Below are positions 19,122 through 28,700 of a DNA stretch of 64,000 nt, in pieces. The translations under genes were made by a program, and so were the position numbers. How positions within the stretch are numbered: the first letter of the stretch is position 1; every line of letters starts with the position of its first letter. Below the pieces are notes generated by a model. The model was not told where the DNA came from and did not search any database. It saw only the letters and a program-made list of their open reading frames with translations. Source of the stretch: Candidatus Falkowbacteria bacterium (GTDB lineage: Bacteria > Patescibacteriota > Patescibacteriia > UBA11705 > JACRDX01); NCBI GenBank assembly GCA_043798985.1, contig JAZDOE010000018.1:8057-72056 (forward strand), read 5' to 3'.

Positions 19122-21782
19122 ATGAAGATTGTTTTTGTCGTTGCGGGGGATGAAAATTTGGGGGTAGAATATTTAGCGGACTATTTGAAGAAAAATCATC
19201 ATCAAGTTGAGTTATTGTATGACCCGCAAATATTTGGAAAAGCGCACTTAAACATTTCTTTTTTAGGAAGATTGTTTGATTGGAAAAAATTAAATTTAAA
19301 AAAAATAAAAAGAGCCAGTCCTGATATAGTTGGTCTTTCTTGCGTCACGGCAACATATCAGTGGGCGAGAGATTTTGCAAAATTGGTAAAGACGGAATTG
19401 AGCATCCCGATCATTTTTGGTGGAGTTCATCCAACATTGGTTCCTGAGCTAGTTATAAAAGATGATTTTGTGGACATGGTTTGCGTGGGGGAAGGAGAAG
19501 AACCCCTTTTAGAGCTGCTGGATAGTTTGACGAACAATGCGCAGCGAACCGACATTAAAAGTCTTTGGTTTAAAAAAGGGGGGCAAATAATTAAGAATGA
19601 GGCGCGAGCATTGACAGAAAATATAGATAATTATTGCCTTGATAAAGAATTGTTTTTGGACATTTTGCCTAAGAATTTCAGAAAGGAGATAAATTATTTG
19701 ACGAGCAGGGGTTGCCCGTATAGGTGCACGTATTGTGGAAATGAACAAAAGGCTAAAATTTTTCAGGGTAGGGGAAAATATTTAAGACAAAAGAGCGTCC
19801 AGAGCGTGATCGCAGAACTTCAAAAGATAAAAAATGAGTACTCGTCCCAATACGTTGTTTTTGTTGATGATGTTTTAACGATGGATAGAGCTTGGTTTAG
19901 AGAGTTTAGCAAAATTTACGCAGAAAAAATAGGGTTGCCATTTACCTGTTTTGCACATTGTAAAATCATGGATGAGGAATTGATGATATTATTGCGTGAT
20001 GCTGGATGTAAGCTGATTGGATTTGGAGTGCAGTCAGGATCAGAGGAGACAAGGAGGAACGTGTTAAATAGGTATGAAACCAATGAGGAAATTTTGCAAG
20101 CGGCGGAGCTGTGCCGCAAGTATCAGATGCGGTTTATGGTCGATCACATTTTTGACATCCCATTTGATGATACAAACAATCTTGAATCTTTAAGGTTTTA
20201 TAATAAGGTGCGGCCGACAATGCTGAATGCGTTCAATCTGTTATATTTTCCTTGCGCAAAGATAATAGATTCCGGAATAAAGAGCGGAAAGATAACTGAC
20301 GCCGACGTCACCCTGATAAACGAGGGGCGATCAGTTGTCTACGAAACTGGAGCGGCGACTAGAAAAATAAAAGGAAATAAGAAAGACAATTATAGGAAAT
20401 ATGCGCTGCTTTATCAGCTGATGGTTTTATTTCCTCAACGATTTTTTGAAAAAATTTTGAAGCGGCAAAAAATAGTTGACCTCATTGGGATGTTTTCCCT
20501 TTCGTTCGTTTCAGTTGCCAGGATATTAGTCAATATAAAAGCTGGGCATGGATTTATTCCGCTTAGGATTATCAAAGATGAGATTTATTGGATGGTAAAA
20601 ACAGTCAAAGAAAGATCCTCTTGGCGTCCCAGAAAAGATGCGATGGATAAAATTTTAATTATATCGCCGTTTGTTTCTCCAAATGTTGGTGGGGCGGAGA
20701 CGCACATAGATGATTTAAGCGACTATTTAGCTCAAAAAAATTTTGATGTCCAAATTTTAACTTATCAACCATTAACGACGGACGCCAGTGGCGCATCTAA
20801 AGAAATGAGGGGCGCGCGGATAAAGATTAGAAGATATGCATGGTTTGGTCATAATATCTTCCATCGACTAGCGAATTTTCCGATTTTAAATTTTTTATAT
20901 ATAACTCCGTATTTGTTTGTTCGTTCTTTCTTTTTTATGTTAAGTAATAGCCGAAACTTCCGATTGATAAACGCTCACGGGCTTAATGCTGTATTTATCG
21001 CCGTTGTTTTAAAAATTTTTTTTAACAAAAAGATTGTCTTCAGCACAATGGCTCTTTATGATTTCAGGGACGGTTCGGTATTTAAAAAAATTACACAGCG
21101 TGTTTTGCGTAAGGTTGACCGGATTCTTGCACAGTCCGAAGAATCCAAAGCTGAATTTGTCTCCCTTGGTTTTCCCGTGGAAAAAATTGATGTTTTTGTT
21201 CACTGGGTGAATGTGAGTCGTTTTTATCCGATTGAGAAAAATGAAGCTAGATATCATTTAGGGTGGGAGAACAAGTTTACAGTAATTTTTGTCGGGAGAT
21301 TGATTTTTTTAAAAGGAGTGGATTTAGTTATTCGCGCTGCCGAGGCATTACAAGACATAACTTTTGTAATCGTTGGAGATGATGGCCCTCTTTTAGAGGA
21401 CGTTGCGCGCGCCTCAAAAAATATGAAAAATTTAAATTTTGTTGGCAAAGTAGAATACTCGGCATTGTCAAAATATTATAATGCGGCGGATATTTTTCTT
21501 TATCCGGCGAGGTATAAAGAGGATATGGCGCGTGCGATAAACGAATCGCTTGCCTGCGGAACGCCTGTTTTGGTGGCAAATATTGGCGCGGAGCCATATA
21601 CAATTGACTCCTCGGTCGCTCGGCTTATTGTGCCGGAGGTTGAAAGTATTGTCGCGACAATAAAAGCCTTGAAGCAAACTCCATCGTTGTTATTGGACAT
21701 GCAAAGAGCCGCTCCGAAGTTTATCAAAGAGCTGAATCAAAAGGTTGCTGATATAATCATTGAGGGCTATAATAAAGCATGA
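19122..21782 (+). CDS. B12-binding radical SAM domain fused to GT4 glycosyltransferase
   Basis: GGVHPT, SRGCPYRCTYC; second half KILIISP...GGAETH, FVGRL, ESLACGTPV. Confidence 0.85.
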   Translation: MKIVFVVAGDENLGVEYLADYLKKNHHQVELLYDPQIFGKAHLNISFLGRLFDWKKLNLKKIKRASPDIVGLSCVTATYQWARDFAKLVKTELSIPIIFGGVHPTLVPELVIKDDFVDMVCVGEGEEPLLELLDSLTNNAQRTDIKSLWFKKGGQIIKNEARALTENIDNYCLDKELFLDILPKNFRKEINYLTSRGCPYRCTYCGNEQKAKIFQGRGKYLRQKSVQSVIAELQKIKNEYSSQYVVFVDDVLTMDRAWFREFSKIYAEKIGLPFTCFAHCKIMDEELMILLRDAGCKLIGFGVQSGSEETRRNVLNRYETNEEILQAAELCRKYQMRFMVDHIFDIPFDDTNNLESLRFYNKVRPTMLNAFNLLYFPCAKIIDSGIKSGKITDADVTLINEGRSVVYETGAATRKIKGNKKDNYRKYALLYQLMVLFPQRFFEKILKRQKIVDLIGMFSLSFVSVARILVNIKAGHGFIPLRIIKDEIYWMVKTVKERSSWRPRKDAMDKILIISPFVSPNVGGAETHIDDLSDYLAQKNFDVQILTYQPLTTDASGASKEMRGARIKIRRYAWFGHNIFHRLANFPILNFLYITPYLFVRSFFFMLSNSRNFRLINAHGLNAVFIAVVLKIFFNKKIVFSTMALYDFRDGSVFKKITQRVLRKVDRILAQSEESKAEFVSLGFPVEKIDVFVHWVNVSRFYPIEKNEARYHLGWENKFTVIFVGRLIFLKGVDLVIRAAEALQDITFVIVGDDGPLLEDVARASKNMKNLNFVGKVEYSALSKYYNAADIFLYPARYKEDMARAINESLACGTPVLVANIGAEPYTIDSSVARLIVPEVESIVATIKALKQTPSLLLDMQRAAPKFIKELNQKVADIIIEGYNKA

Positions 21783-21785
21783 TAT

Positions 21786-22772
21786 ATGCAAGAATTTTAT
21801 AAAGGAAAGAATGTATTAATTACTGGCGGGGTGGGTTTTATTGGCAGTAGTATCGCAAAAAAGTTAGTCGAATTTGGTGCCAATGTTTTTATTATGGATT
21901 CGATGTGCCCGGATTACGGCGGCAATCTTTTTAATATTGAATCTATAAAGTCGTCTGTCAATGTTAATATTTCAGATATGCGCGATCCGTATAGTACAGA
22001 ATATTTGGTGAAAGGTAAAGATGTAATTTTCAATTTAGCGGGGCAGGTCAGTCATATTGATAGCATGAAAAATCCTTTTCAGGATTTAGAAATAAATTGT
22101 ACCGCGCAACTTTCTTTGCTGGAACTTTGCAGGAAGGTTAATCCCGCCGTGAAAATTGTTTTTGCATCAACCCGCCAGATTTATGGGAGAGCTGAATATT
22201 TGCCCTTAGACGAGAAGCACATTGTTAATCCAATAGATGTCAATGGGATAAATAAAGCAGCCGGAGAGCGCTACCATACTTTATACAATAATATTTATGG
22301 AATAAAAGCGTGTGCGTTACGACTAACGAATACTTATGGTCCTCGGCAATTAATCAAACATAATAAGCAGGGATTCATTGCGTGGTTTATTAATAGGTTG
22401 GTAACGAATAATAAAATAGCCATTTTCGGTGATGGAATGCAGACTCGAGATTTTAATTATATCGACGATGTTGTGAATGCGTTTCTCGTGGCTGGGAAAA
22501 ACTCGGTAGCTGATGGCGAAGTATTTAACTTGGGGGGCACTGAGCCAGTAACCTTAAAGGCCCTAACAGAACAAATGATTGAGATAAACGGTGCGGGAGA
22601 ATATGAGTTGGTGCCCTTTCCAGATGAAAAAAAGCAGATTGATCTTGGTAGTTGCAGTTGCAGTTTCGACAAAATAAAAAATGTTTTGGGGTGGGTTCCA
22701 GTGGTTTCTTTAAGGGATGGTCTTATTGCGACACTCAATTACTATAAGGAGCACAAGGCGCATTATTTATAA
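21786..22772 (+). CDS. NAD-dependent epimerase/dehydratase
   Basis: GGVGFIG, ASTRQIYG, NTYGPRQ. Confidence 0.9.
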   Translation: MQEFYKGKNVLITGGVGFIGSSIAKKLVEFGANVFIMDSMCPDYGGNLFNIESIKSSVNVNISDMRDPYSTEYLVKGKDVIFNLAGQVSHIDSMKNPFQDLEINCTAQLSLLELCRKVNPAVKIVFASTRQIYGRAEYLPLDEKHIVNPIDVNGINKAAGERYHTLYNNIYGIKACALRLTNTYGPRQLIKHNKQGFIAWFINRLVTNNKIAIFGDGMQTRDFNYIDDVVNAFLVAGKNSVADGEVFNLGGTEPVTLKALTEQMIEINGAGEYELVPFPDEKKQIDLGSCSCSFDKIKNVLGWVPVVSLRDGLIATLNYYKEHKAHYL

Positions 22773-22781
22773 ATATTTTTT

Positions 22782-23876
22782 ATGATTCCATTTTTTGAGT
22801 TAAAGCGACAATATGCGCTGATTAAAAATGCTATACACGAGGAACTGAATGGGATTTTTGAGCGCGGCGTTTATATTTTGGGCGATGAAAATAAAAAATT
22901 TGAACAAGAATTCGCTGATTATTGTGGAGTTGGTTATGCGATAGGTTGTAATTCTGGGACCGATGCTTTGAAATTGGCGATGCTATCGCTAAATATTGGA
23001 GCAGGAGACGAAGTTATAACAGTCTCGCATACAGCAGTTCCAACTGTTTCCTCAATTTATGAGGTTGGAGCCACGCCGGTTTTTGTTGATATAGAAAAAG
23101 ATGGTTTTCTGATGGATGTGAATAAGATTGAAAAAGCTATCACCGCAAAGACAAAAGCGATCATTCCTGTTTCTTTATACGGTGAAGCATGCGATATCCA
23201 GAAAATAAACGAGATAGCTGCAAAATATAACCTATCAGTGATTGAGGATGCGTGCCAAGCGCATGGAGCTATAAGCGCCGGAGTGAAAATTGGTGCCAGA
23301 GCGTTATTAACAGCTTTTAGTTTTTATCCAACGAAGAATTTAGGCGCTTATGGTGATGCTGGTATGGTTACAACCAACAACAAAGAGTTGGCGGGCAAGC
23401 TAGTCAATCTCAGGTTCTATGGAGTGGCAAATAAGGAAAAATATGAGCATACGTTGAGGGGGATCAATTCTAGATTAGATGAAGTACAAGCCGCCATTTT
23501 ACGGATTAAATTAAAATTTTTGGATAGTTGGAATAAACGACGTAGAGAAATTGCGGATTTTTATTTTAAAAATATAAAAAATTCGAATATCGTTTTGCCC
23601 AAAACAAGAGAAGCGGGAGGGCATGTTTTTCATTTATTCGTTATTAGATTTGTAGATAGGGATCGCTTGAAAAAGTATTTGCTTGATAACGGTGTTATTG
23701 CTTTAGTTCATTACCTTTTGCCAGCTCATAAGCAGCCAGTTTTTGCTGGCTTGCAACGAGAGGCATTGCCAGAAACAGAAAAAATTAGCAAGGAAATATT
23801 GTCTTTGCCGGTTTTTCCTGAATTGAAGCAAGAAGAGTTGGAAAAGATTGTTTTTTTGCTTAATAATTTTAAATAA
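22782..23876 (+). CDS. DegT/DnrJ/EryC1/StrS sugar aminotransferase
   Basis: NSGTDAL, EDACQAHG, SFYPTKNLGAYGDAG, NSRLDE. Confidence 0.93.
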   Translation: MIPFFELKRQYALIKNAIHEELNGIFERGVYILGDENKKFEQEFADYCGVGYAIGCNSGTDALKLAMLSLNIGAGDEVITVSHTAVPTVSSIYEVGATPVFVDIEKDGFLMDVNKIEKAITAKTKAIIPVSLYGEACDIQKINEIAAKYNLSVIEDACQAHGAISAGVKIGARALLTAFSFYPTKNLGAYGDAGMVTTNNKELAGKLVNLRFYGVANKEKYEHTLRGINSRLDEVQAAILRIKLKFLDSWNKRRREIADFYFKNIKNSNIVLPKTREAGGHVFHLFVIRFVDRDRLKKYLLDNGVIALVHYLLPAHKQPVFAGLQREALPETEKISKEILSLPVFPELKQEELEKIVFLLNNFK

Positions 23877-23888
23877 TGGTCTATTTTT

Positions 23889-24611
23889 ATGAGCGATTTG
23901 AACACGCCAGTCGATTATAATTTTGACGTACACGCACCACTAAGCTTTATGTATTATTTTACAAAACAATACATGGAGCAGACGCGGCGAACGATCTTGT
24001 CGTGCGGCAAAAATATTGGAGGATTGACACTATATGATATTGGCATTGGGCGCGGTCGTGCGCTGCAAATGTTTAAACATTTAGGCATTCAAAACGTAAT
24101 CGGCTTTGAGATTTCTATGGAAGAAGTAAAATTCGCTGAAAACCAGGCGGCTCGATTAAATATGAATCTAACGGTAGTTGCTGATTCCGCAGATAATATG
24201 GAGCTAAAAAAGATCGCAAATGACAGTTGTAGGTTGGTGACAATGATGAATGTTTTATTTTGTGTAAACGATAAAGTTAAATCTACCATGATTGGACAAG
24301 CAAAAAGGATACTTTGTGCAGGCGGAATTTTGATTGTCTTGGACATGCAAAGACCGTCTTTGTTGTCATTTTTTAGCCTTTTATCAGGTAAGCCGTGGAG
24401 ATTTTTTGGGGAAAAAGAATTTTTGCGTTTGATGGAACCATTACGACCAATCGCAATCGCCGAATCTAATCATTTTTATTTTGAGAATAGAACAATGACC
24501 TTTATAAATAAGTTTCTAAGATTTAATATTTGTTATGCGCTGGACGCGATTGCGCGATTTTTTAAAATACCAGGAGCAACTAAAACGTTCATATTTATTA
24601 AAGAGAATTAA
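23889..24611 (+). CDS. Class I SAM methyltransferase
   Basis: YDIGIGRG motif I. Confidence 0.75.
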   Translation: MSDLNTPVDYNFDVHAPLSFMYYFTKQYMEQTRRTILSCGKNIGGLTLYDIGIGRGRALQMFKHLGIQNVIGFEISMEEVKFAENQAARLNMNLTVVADSADNMELKKIANDSCRLVTMMNVLFCVNDKVKSTMIGQAKRILCAGGILIVLDMQRPSLLSFFSLLSGKPWRFFGEKEFLRLMEPLRPIAIAESNHFYFENRTMTFINKFLRFNICYALDAIARFFKIPGATKTFIFIKEN

Positions 24612-24632
24612 ACGTGGGACAAAAAATAAGAT

Positions 24633-25880
24633 ATGGATAAAGAGAAGGACGGCAATGAAATCAAAATAGCCCATTTATATTTTTATGGAGATCAGCATCA
24701 TAAAGATAACGAAGCGGCTCGCTGCAAAAAGAGAGTGATTTCGGACGGTGGATCAAATATTCATACAAATTTTTTGCTTCGGATAAAGGAGCGCGTCGAA
24801 ATAATAATTCATACGTACCAGGACAACTATCAGGTAAAAAATTTTTTTGGTGATTCACCAAGCATAAAGATAAAAGAATATGCGACGCTTTCTGGACTAT
24901 TTAAAAAATATCTATTGAGAATAGAGACTGTTACTCGGTGTTTTTATCCGGGTTTGATTTTTTTATTCAAAAAATTAAAAGAAGATTTTTTAGTAACGCA
25001 GACAGATTTCTTGCCAGATACTTTTGCTGCCTTTTGCGCAAAGATCCGTAATCCTAAAATTATTTGGATAGCATCTTTTTTCTTGGCAGCGCCCGCGCCT
25101 TGGGATAGGCAATCTCCATATAGGGGCAAGCGCTGGATTATTGGATTGTTTTATTGGTTATTGCAAATTCCGTCTATTTGGTTTATAAAACTAAAGGCCG
25201 ATAAAATTATTGTAACCTCAGAACCAGACGTTGTTCAATTTGTTAGCGAGAAGAGGGATAAATCTAAGATTATTGTTGTCCAGGGGGGGGTGGATATTAC
25301 AGATTCTGAAAAATATTTAGGAGCAGGGATCGTTGTGCCGGTTGAGCAAAGAAAGTATGATGCATGTTTTGTCGGCAGGTTTCATTGTCAAAAGGGCGTG
25401 CTTGAATTGGTGGATATTTGGAAAAAGGTTTGTGCACAAAAGCCGACAGCAAAACTGGCAATGATCGGAATCGGACAGTTGGAAAGTGACGTGGAAAAAC
25501 GTATTAAAGAGCATAGTTTGGCAGACAACATTGATTTGCTTGGATTTAAAGATGGCGGAGAAAAATATGAAATTTTTAAGCAAAGTAAAATAATGGTGCA
25601 TCCTGCTACTTATGATAGCGGAGGAATGGCAGCAGCTGGCGGAATGGCATGGGGATTGCCGGCCGTCTCGTTTGATCTAGAAGCGTTGCAGACGTATTAT
25701 CCAAAAGGAATGATTAAATCAGTAATTGGCGATGATCAGGGTTTTGCGGATAATTTGATTAAATTACTAGACGATAAAGATTTGTATGCTCGTACAACAA
25801 CGGACGCATTATCGTTGATTAGGGATGTCTGGAATTGGGATAAACGTGCGGACGAAATGTATAAAAAAATGTTTTTATGA
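24633..25880 (+). CDS. GT4 glycosyltransferase
   Basis: FVGRFHCQKG, MAWGLPAV. Confidence 0.82.
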   Translation: MDKEKDGNEIKIAHLYFYGDQHHKDNEAARCKKRVISDGGSNIHTNFLLRIKERVEIIIHTYQDNYQVKNFFGDSPSIKIKEYATLSGLFKKYLLRIETVTRCFYPGLIFLFKKLKEDFLVTQTDFLPDTFAAFCAKIRNPKIIWIASFFLAAPAPWDRQSPYRGKRWIIGLFYWLLQIPSIWFIKLKADKIIVTSEPDVVQFVSEKRDKSKIIVVQGGVDITDSEKYLGAGIVVPVEQRKYDACFVGRFHCQKGVLELVDIWKKVCAQKPTAKLAMIGIGQLESDVEKRIKEHSLADNIDLLGFKDGGEKYEIFKQSKIMVHPATYDSGGMAAAGGMAWGLPAVSFDLEALQTYYPKGMIKSVIGDDQGFADNLIKLLDDKDLYARTTTDALSLIRDVWNWDKRADEMYKKMFL

Positions 25881-26749
25881 GTTGCAACTTGTGCGGTTCA
25901 AATAATACAGTTCTTTTGTTTAATACTTGCAATTTACATGGCAGGCACATGTTGGATTCAAAAGATATTTTTAAAATTGCGCGATGCGTGGATTGTGGAA
26001 ATATTTTTGTGGATAATATAAAAGTTGACGATACGTATTATAAAAAATATTATTGTTCTGATTATTATGAGCAACCAGCCAAATTACCGAAAATAGTTGG
26101 CTGTTTTTTAAAATTATTTTCGAGAATATCTCGACACAGGAAAGAAAAAGCGATTATAAAAACTTTGGATGTTCGTAAAACAAAGTATAAGATTTTGGAC
26201 ATTGGCTGCGGCACTGGAAGTTTTTTGTTGGGGCTTGATCCTGTAAAATTTGAAAAGTTCGGAGTGGAAATAAGCCCGACCGGTCAAAAAATTTGTCAAG
26301 AGCAAGGGTTGAACGTTTTTTGCGGAAAATTAGAGGGTGCAAATTTTGCTGATCAATTTTTTGACGCGATTACCGCTTGGCATGTTTTTGAGCATCTTGA
26401 AAAACCAGTTAAAACACTGAGCGCGGCGCGGCGAGTATTGTCAGATGATGGAATTTTAGTTTTTCAGGTTCCAAATGCGGATGGTTTTGGTTTTCAATAC
26501 GGGCAACAAAAATGGTTTCATTCTGACTCGCCGCGCCATTTATGGTTGCCGAACAGGAAAAGCATAGATTTTCTTTTGCAAAAAACCGGCTTCAAGATTT
26601 TGGAAGTGAAGAATGAATTTTATGATTATCCGCTTGATCTTTTTTGGTCAGTGCGCAAATCAAAGATGCGCTTTCTGTTTTATCCATTTTATTTTGTCGC
26701 AAAGATATTGAGCAAAGAGACACTGACTTTTGTTTGTAAAAAAATATGA
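25877..26749 (+). CDS. Class I SAM methyltransferase with N-terminal Zn-ribbon
   Basis: CNLC...CVDC, LDIGCGTG, HVFEHL, VPN. Confidence 0.85.
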   Translation: MSCNLCGSNNTVLLFNTCNLHGRHMLDSKDIFKIARCVDCGNIFVDNIKVDDTYYKKYYCSDYYEQPAKLPKIVGCFLKLFSRISRHRKEKAIIKTLDVRKTKYKILDIGCGTGSFLLGLDPVKFEKFGVEISPTGQKICQEQGLNVFCGKLEGANFADQFFDAITAWHVFEHLEKPVKTLSAARRVLSDDGILVFQVPNADGFGFQYGQQKWFHSDSPRHLWLPNRKSIDFLLQKTGFKILEVKNEFYDYPLDLFWSVRKSKMRFLFYPFYFVAKILSKETLTFVCKKI

Positions 26750-27384
26750 AAACCGCGATTTACGCAAAATATGTGCAGGACTTATGCAAAGAGTTTGTGA
26801 AAAAACAGGATAAGGTTTTTGATTGCGGCTGTGGCGATGGTTCTAAAACAAAAATTTTGATGCAATATTCTGACAACGTGATCGGCGGCGATCTTGACAA
26901 CAGAGTTGCGCTGGAGTTTAAAATAAATTTTAGAAAAATAATGCCCACACAATATGGCGACGAAAATGATTTTGATGTTGTTTTCTCGTTCGACGTGATT
27001 GAGCATATTAAGAACGATGCCGATTTCTTGGTGGAGTTAATGAGAATAACAAAACCGACAGGAGTGATAATTGTCGGTACGCCGAACAAAAATAGGCTCT
27101 CAAATAAAGTCACTGCGTTGATAAATGGCGAAATACAATATCCGCGTAAATTGGGATTTCACTATGAGAGCGGCGGTGATATAATTCATGTCAGAGAATA
27201 TACAAAACGAGATTTATTGGATTTGGCAGAAAAATTGAATATCAAAAATGTAGTTATTCGCGCTGGATTTTTGGGGCTTTATACTCCATTTGGCGCGGTT
27301 GGATTTAAAGGATTGAATCAAAAAAGATTTGCCGAATATGCGCAGCATTTGTTTTTAATTATAAAAAAATATGCAAAAAAATAA
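26746..27384 (+). CDS. Class I SAM methyltransferase
   Basis: DCGCGDG, DVIEHI, GTPN, HVREY. Confidence 0.85.
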   Translation: MKTAIYAKYVQDLCKEFVKKQDKVFDCGCGDGSKTKILMQYSDNVIGGDLDNRVALEFKINFRKIMPTQYGDENDFDVVFSFDVIEHIKNDADFLVELMRITKPTGVIIVGTPNKNRLSNKVTALINGEIQYPRKLGFHYESGGDIIHVREYTKRDLLDLAEKLNIKNVVIRAGFLGLYTPFGAVGFKGLNQKRFAEYAQHLFLIIKKYAKK

Positions 27385-27871
27385 TCAACAATCGATAATT
27401 GAAAAATTCATGTATTTTATTTTGGACGTTGATGGTGTGTTTACGACGGGACAATTTTTGTACACAGCCGATGGAAAATTTGCTAAAGTGTTTGGCCCAC
27501 ATGATAGTGATGGCATAAAATTGGTTTCCGAATTCTTGAAAGTTCAGGTGATTAGCGCTGACAAACGTGGCTGGCTGATTACAAAAAAACGTATTGCTGA
27601 TGATATGGGGCTGCAATTAGATAATGTCGTTGAGGCAGAACGGATAGATTGGTTCCGCAAAAATTTTGATCTTTCAAAAACCATTTACATGGGAGACGGG
27701 ATTTATGATGCCAAAGTTTTTGAATTGGTGGCATATAGCATTGCGCCGGCCGACGCGTTTTATATTGCACGGGAAAAAGCAAGCTTTGTTACAAAATGTA
27801 AAGCAGGAGAAGGCGCTGTCGCCGAAGCGTGTTTGCATATTTTGGAAAAATTTTTTAATCAAAAAATATGA
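27371..27871 (+). CDS. KdsC/YrbI-like HAD phosphatase
   Basis: LDVDGVFT, YMGDGIYD, GEGAVAE. Confidence 0.85.
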   Translation: MQKNNQQSIIEKFMYFILDVDGVFTTGQFLYTADGKFAKVFGPHDSDGIKLVSEFLKVQVISADKRGWLITKKRIADDMGLQLDNVVEAERIDWFRKNFDLSKTIYMGDGIYDAKVFELVAYSIAPADAFYIAREKASFVTKCKAGEGAVAEACLHILEKFFNQKI

Positions 27872-28689
27872 AAATAGACAGAGATACGATCTGCTGTGTT
27901 TCTATTGCCGAGCGACCTGGTAATTTGGGCGCGGCAATTTTTAACGCGGCGTTTCAGGAATTGAATTTGAATTATGTTTACAAGCCATTTTGTGTTTTTG
28001 CGAAAGATTTGCAAAAAGCGATTAACGGTATGCGCGCGTTTGGCATTCGCGGTTGCGGCGTTTCAATGCCACATAAAAGTACAGTAATGCAATATTTAGA
28101 TAAGATCGATGAGGCGGCGAAGAGGATTGGCGCGGTAAATACAATAGTAAATGACGATGGCGTTCTATCTGGGTATAATACTGATTATGTAGGATTTAAA
28201 CGTGCGCTGGCAGAGAGTTATGCTGTATGCAGGAAAAAAGCATTTATTATTGGCGCTGGTGGAGCGGCGCGGGCGATTATTGTCGCGCTAAAAGACGGCG
28301 GTGCGGCTGAAATCTATCTTACTAATCGTGACGAGCAAAAAGGATTAGATTTGGCAAAAGAGTTCTCTTTGCATTATTATCCGTTTGACAAACGAGCAGA
28401 ATTAAGTGCTGATATTTTGGTTAACGCGACGCCGGTCGGCATGGCCCCGAATGCAGAAGAATTGATAATTGACAAACAAGTACTAGTGCACTATCATGCG
28501 TGTATGGACGTTGTAGTGTCTCCAAGAAAAACTGGTTTAATTTTAGCGGCAGAAGCGGCTGGAAAAATTGCCATTCATGGGGTGAAAATGGCACTATATC
28601 AGGGGCTCTCACAGTACGAATTGTATACAAAGTTATCTGCGCCAATCGATATTTTACAAAAGAGCATGCAGAAGTATTTAAATAATTAA
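27868..28689 (+). CDS. Shikimate dehydrogenase family protein
   Basis: VSMPHK, GAVNTI, NTDY, GAGGAA, NATPVGM. Confidence 0.85.
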   Translation: MKIDRDTICCVSIAERPGNLGAAIFNAAFQELNLNYVYKPFCVFAKDLQKAINGMRAFGIRGCGVSMPHKSTVMQYLDKIDEAAKRIGAVNTIVNDDGVLSGYNTDYVGFKRALAESYAVCRKKAFIIGAGGAARAIIVALKDGGAAEIYLTNRDEQKGLDLAKEFSLHYYPFDKRAELSADILVNATPVGMAPNAEELIIDKQVLVHYHACMDVVVSPRKTGLILAAEAAGKIAIHGVKMALYQGLSQYELYTKLSAPIDILQKSMQKYLNN

Positions 28690-28700
28690 CTTGGTACACT

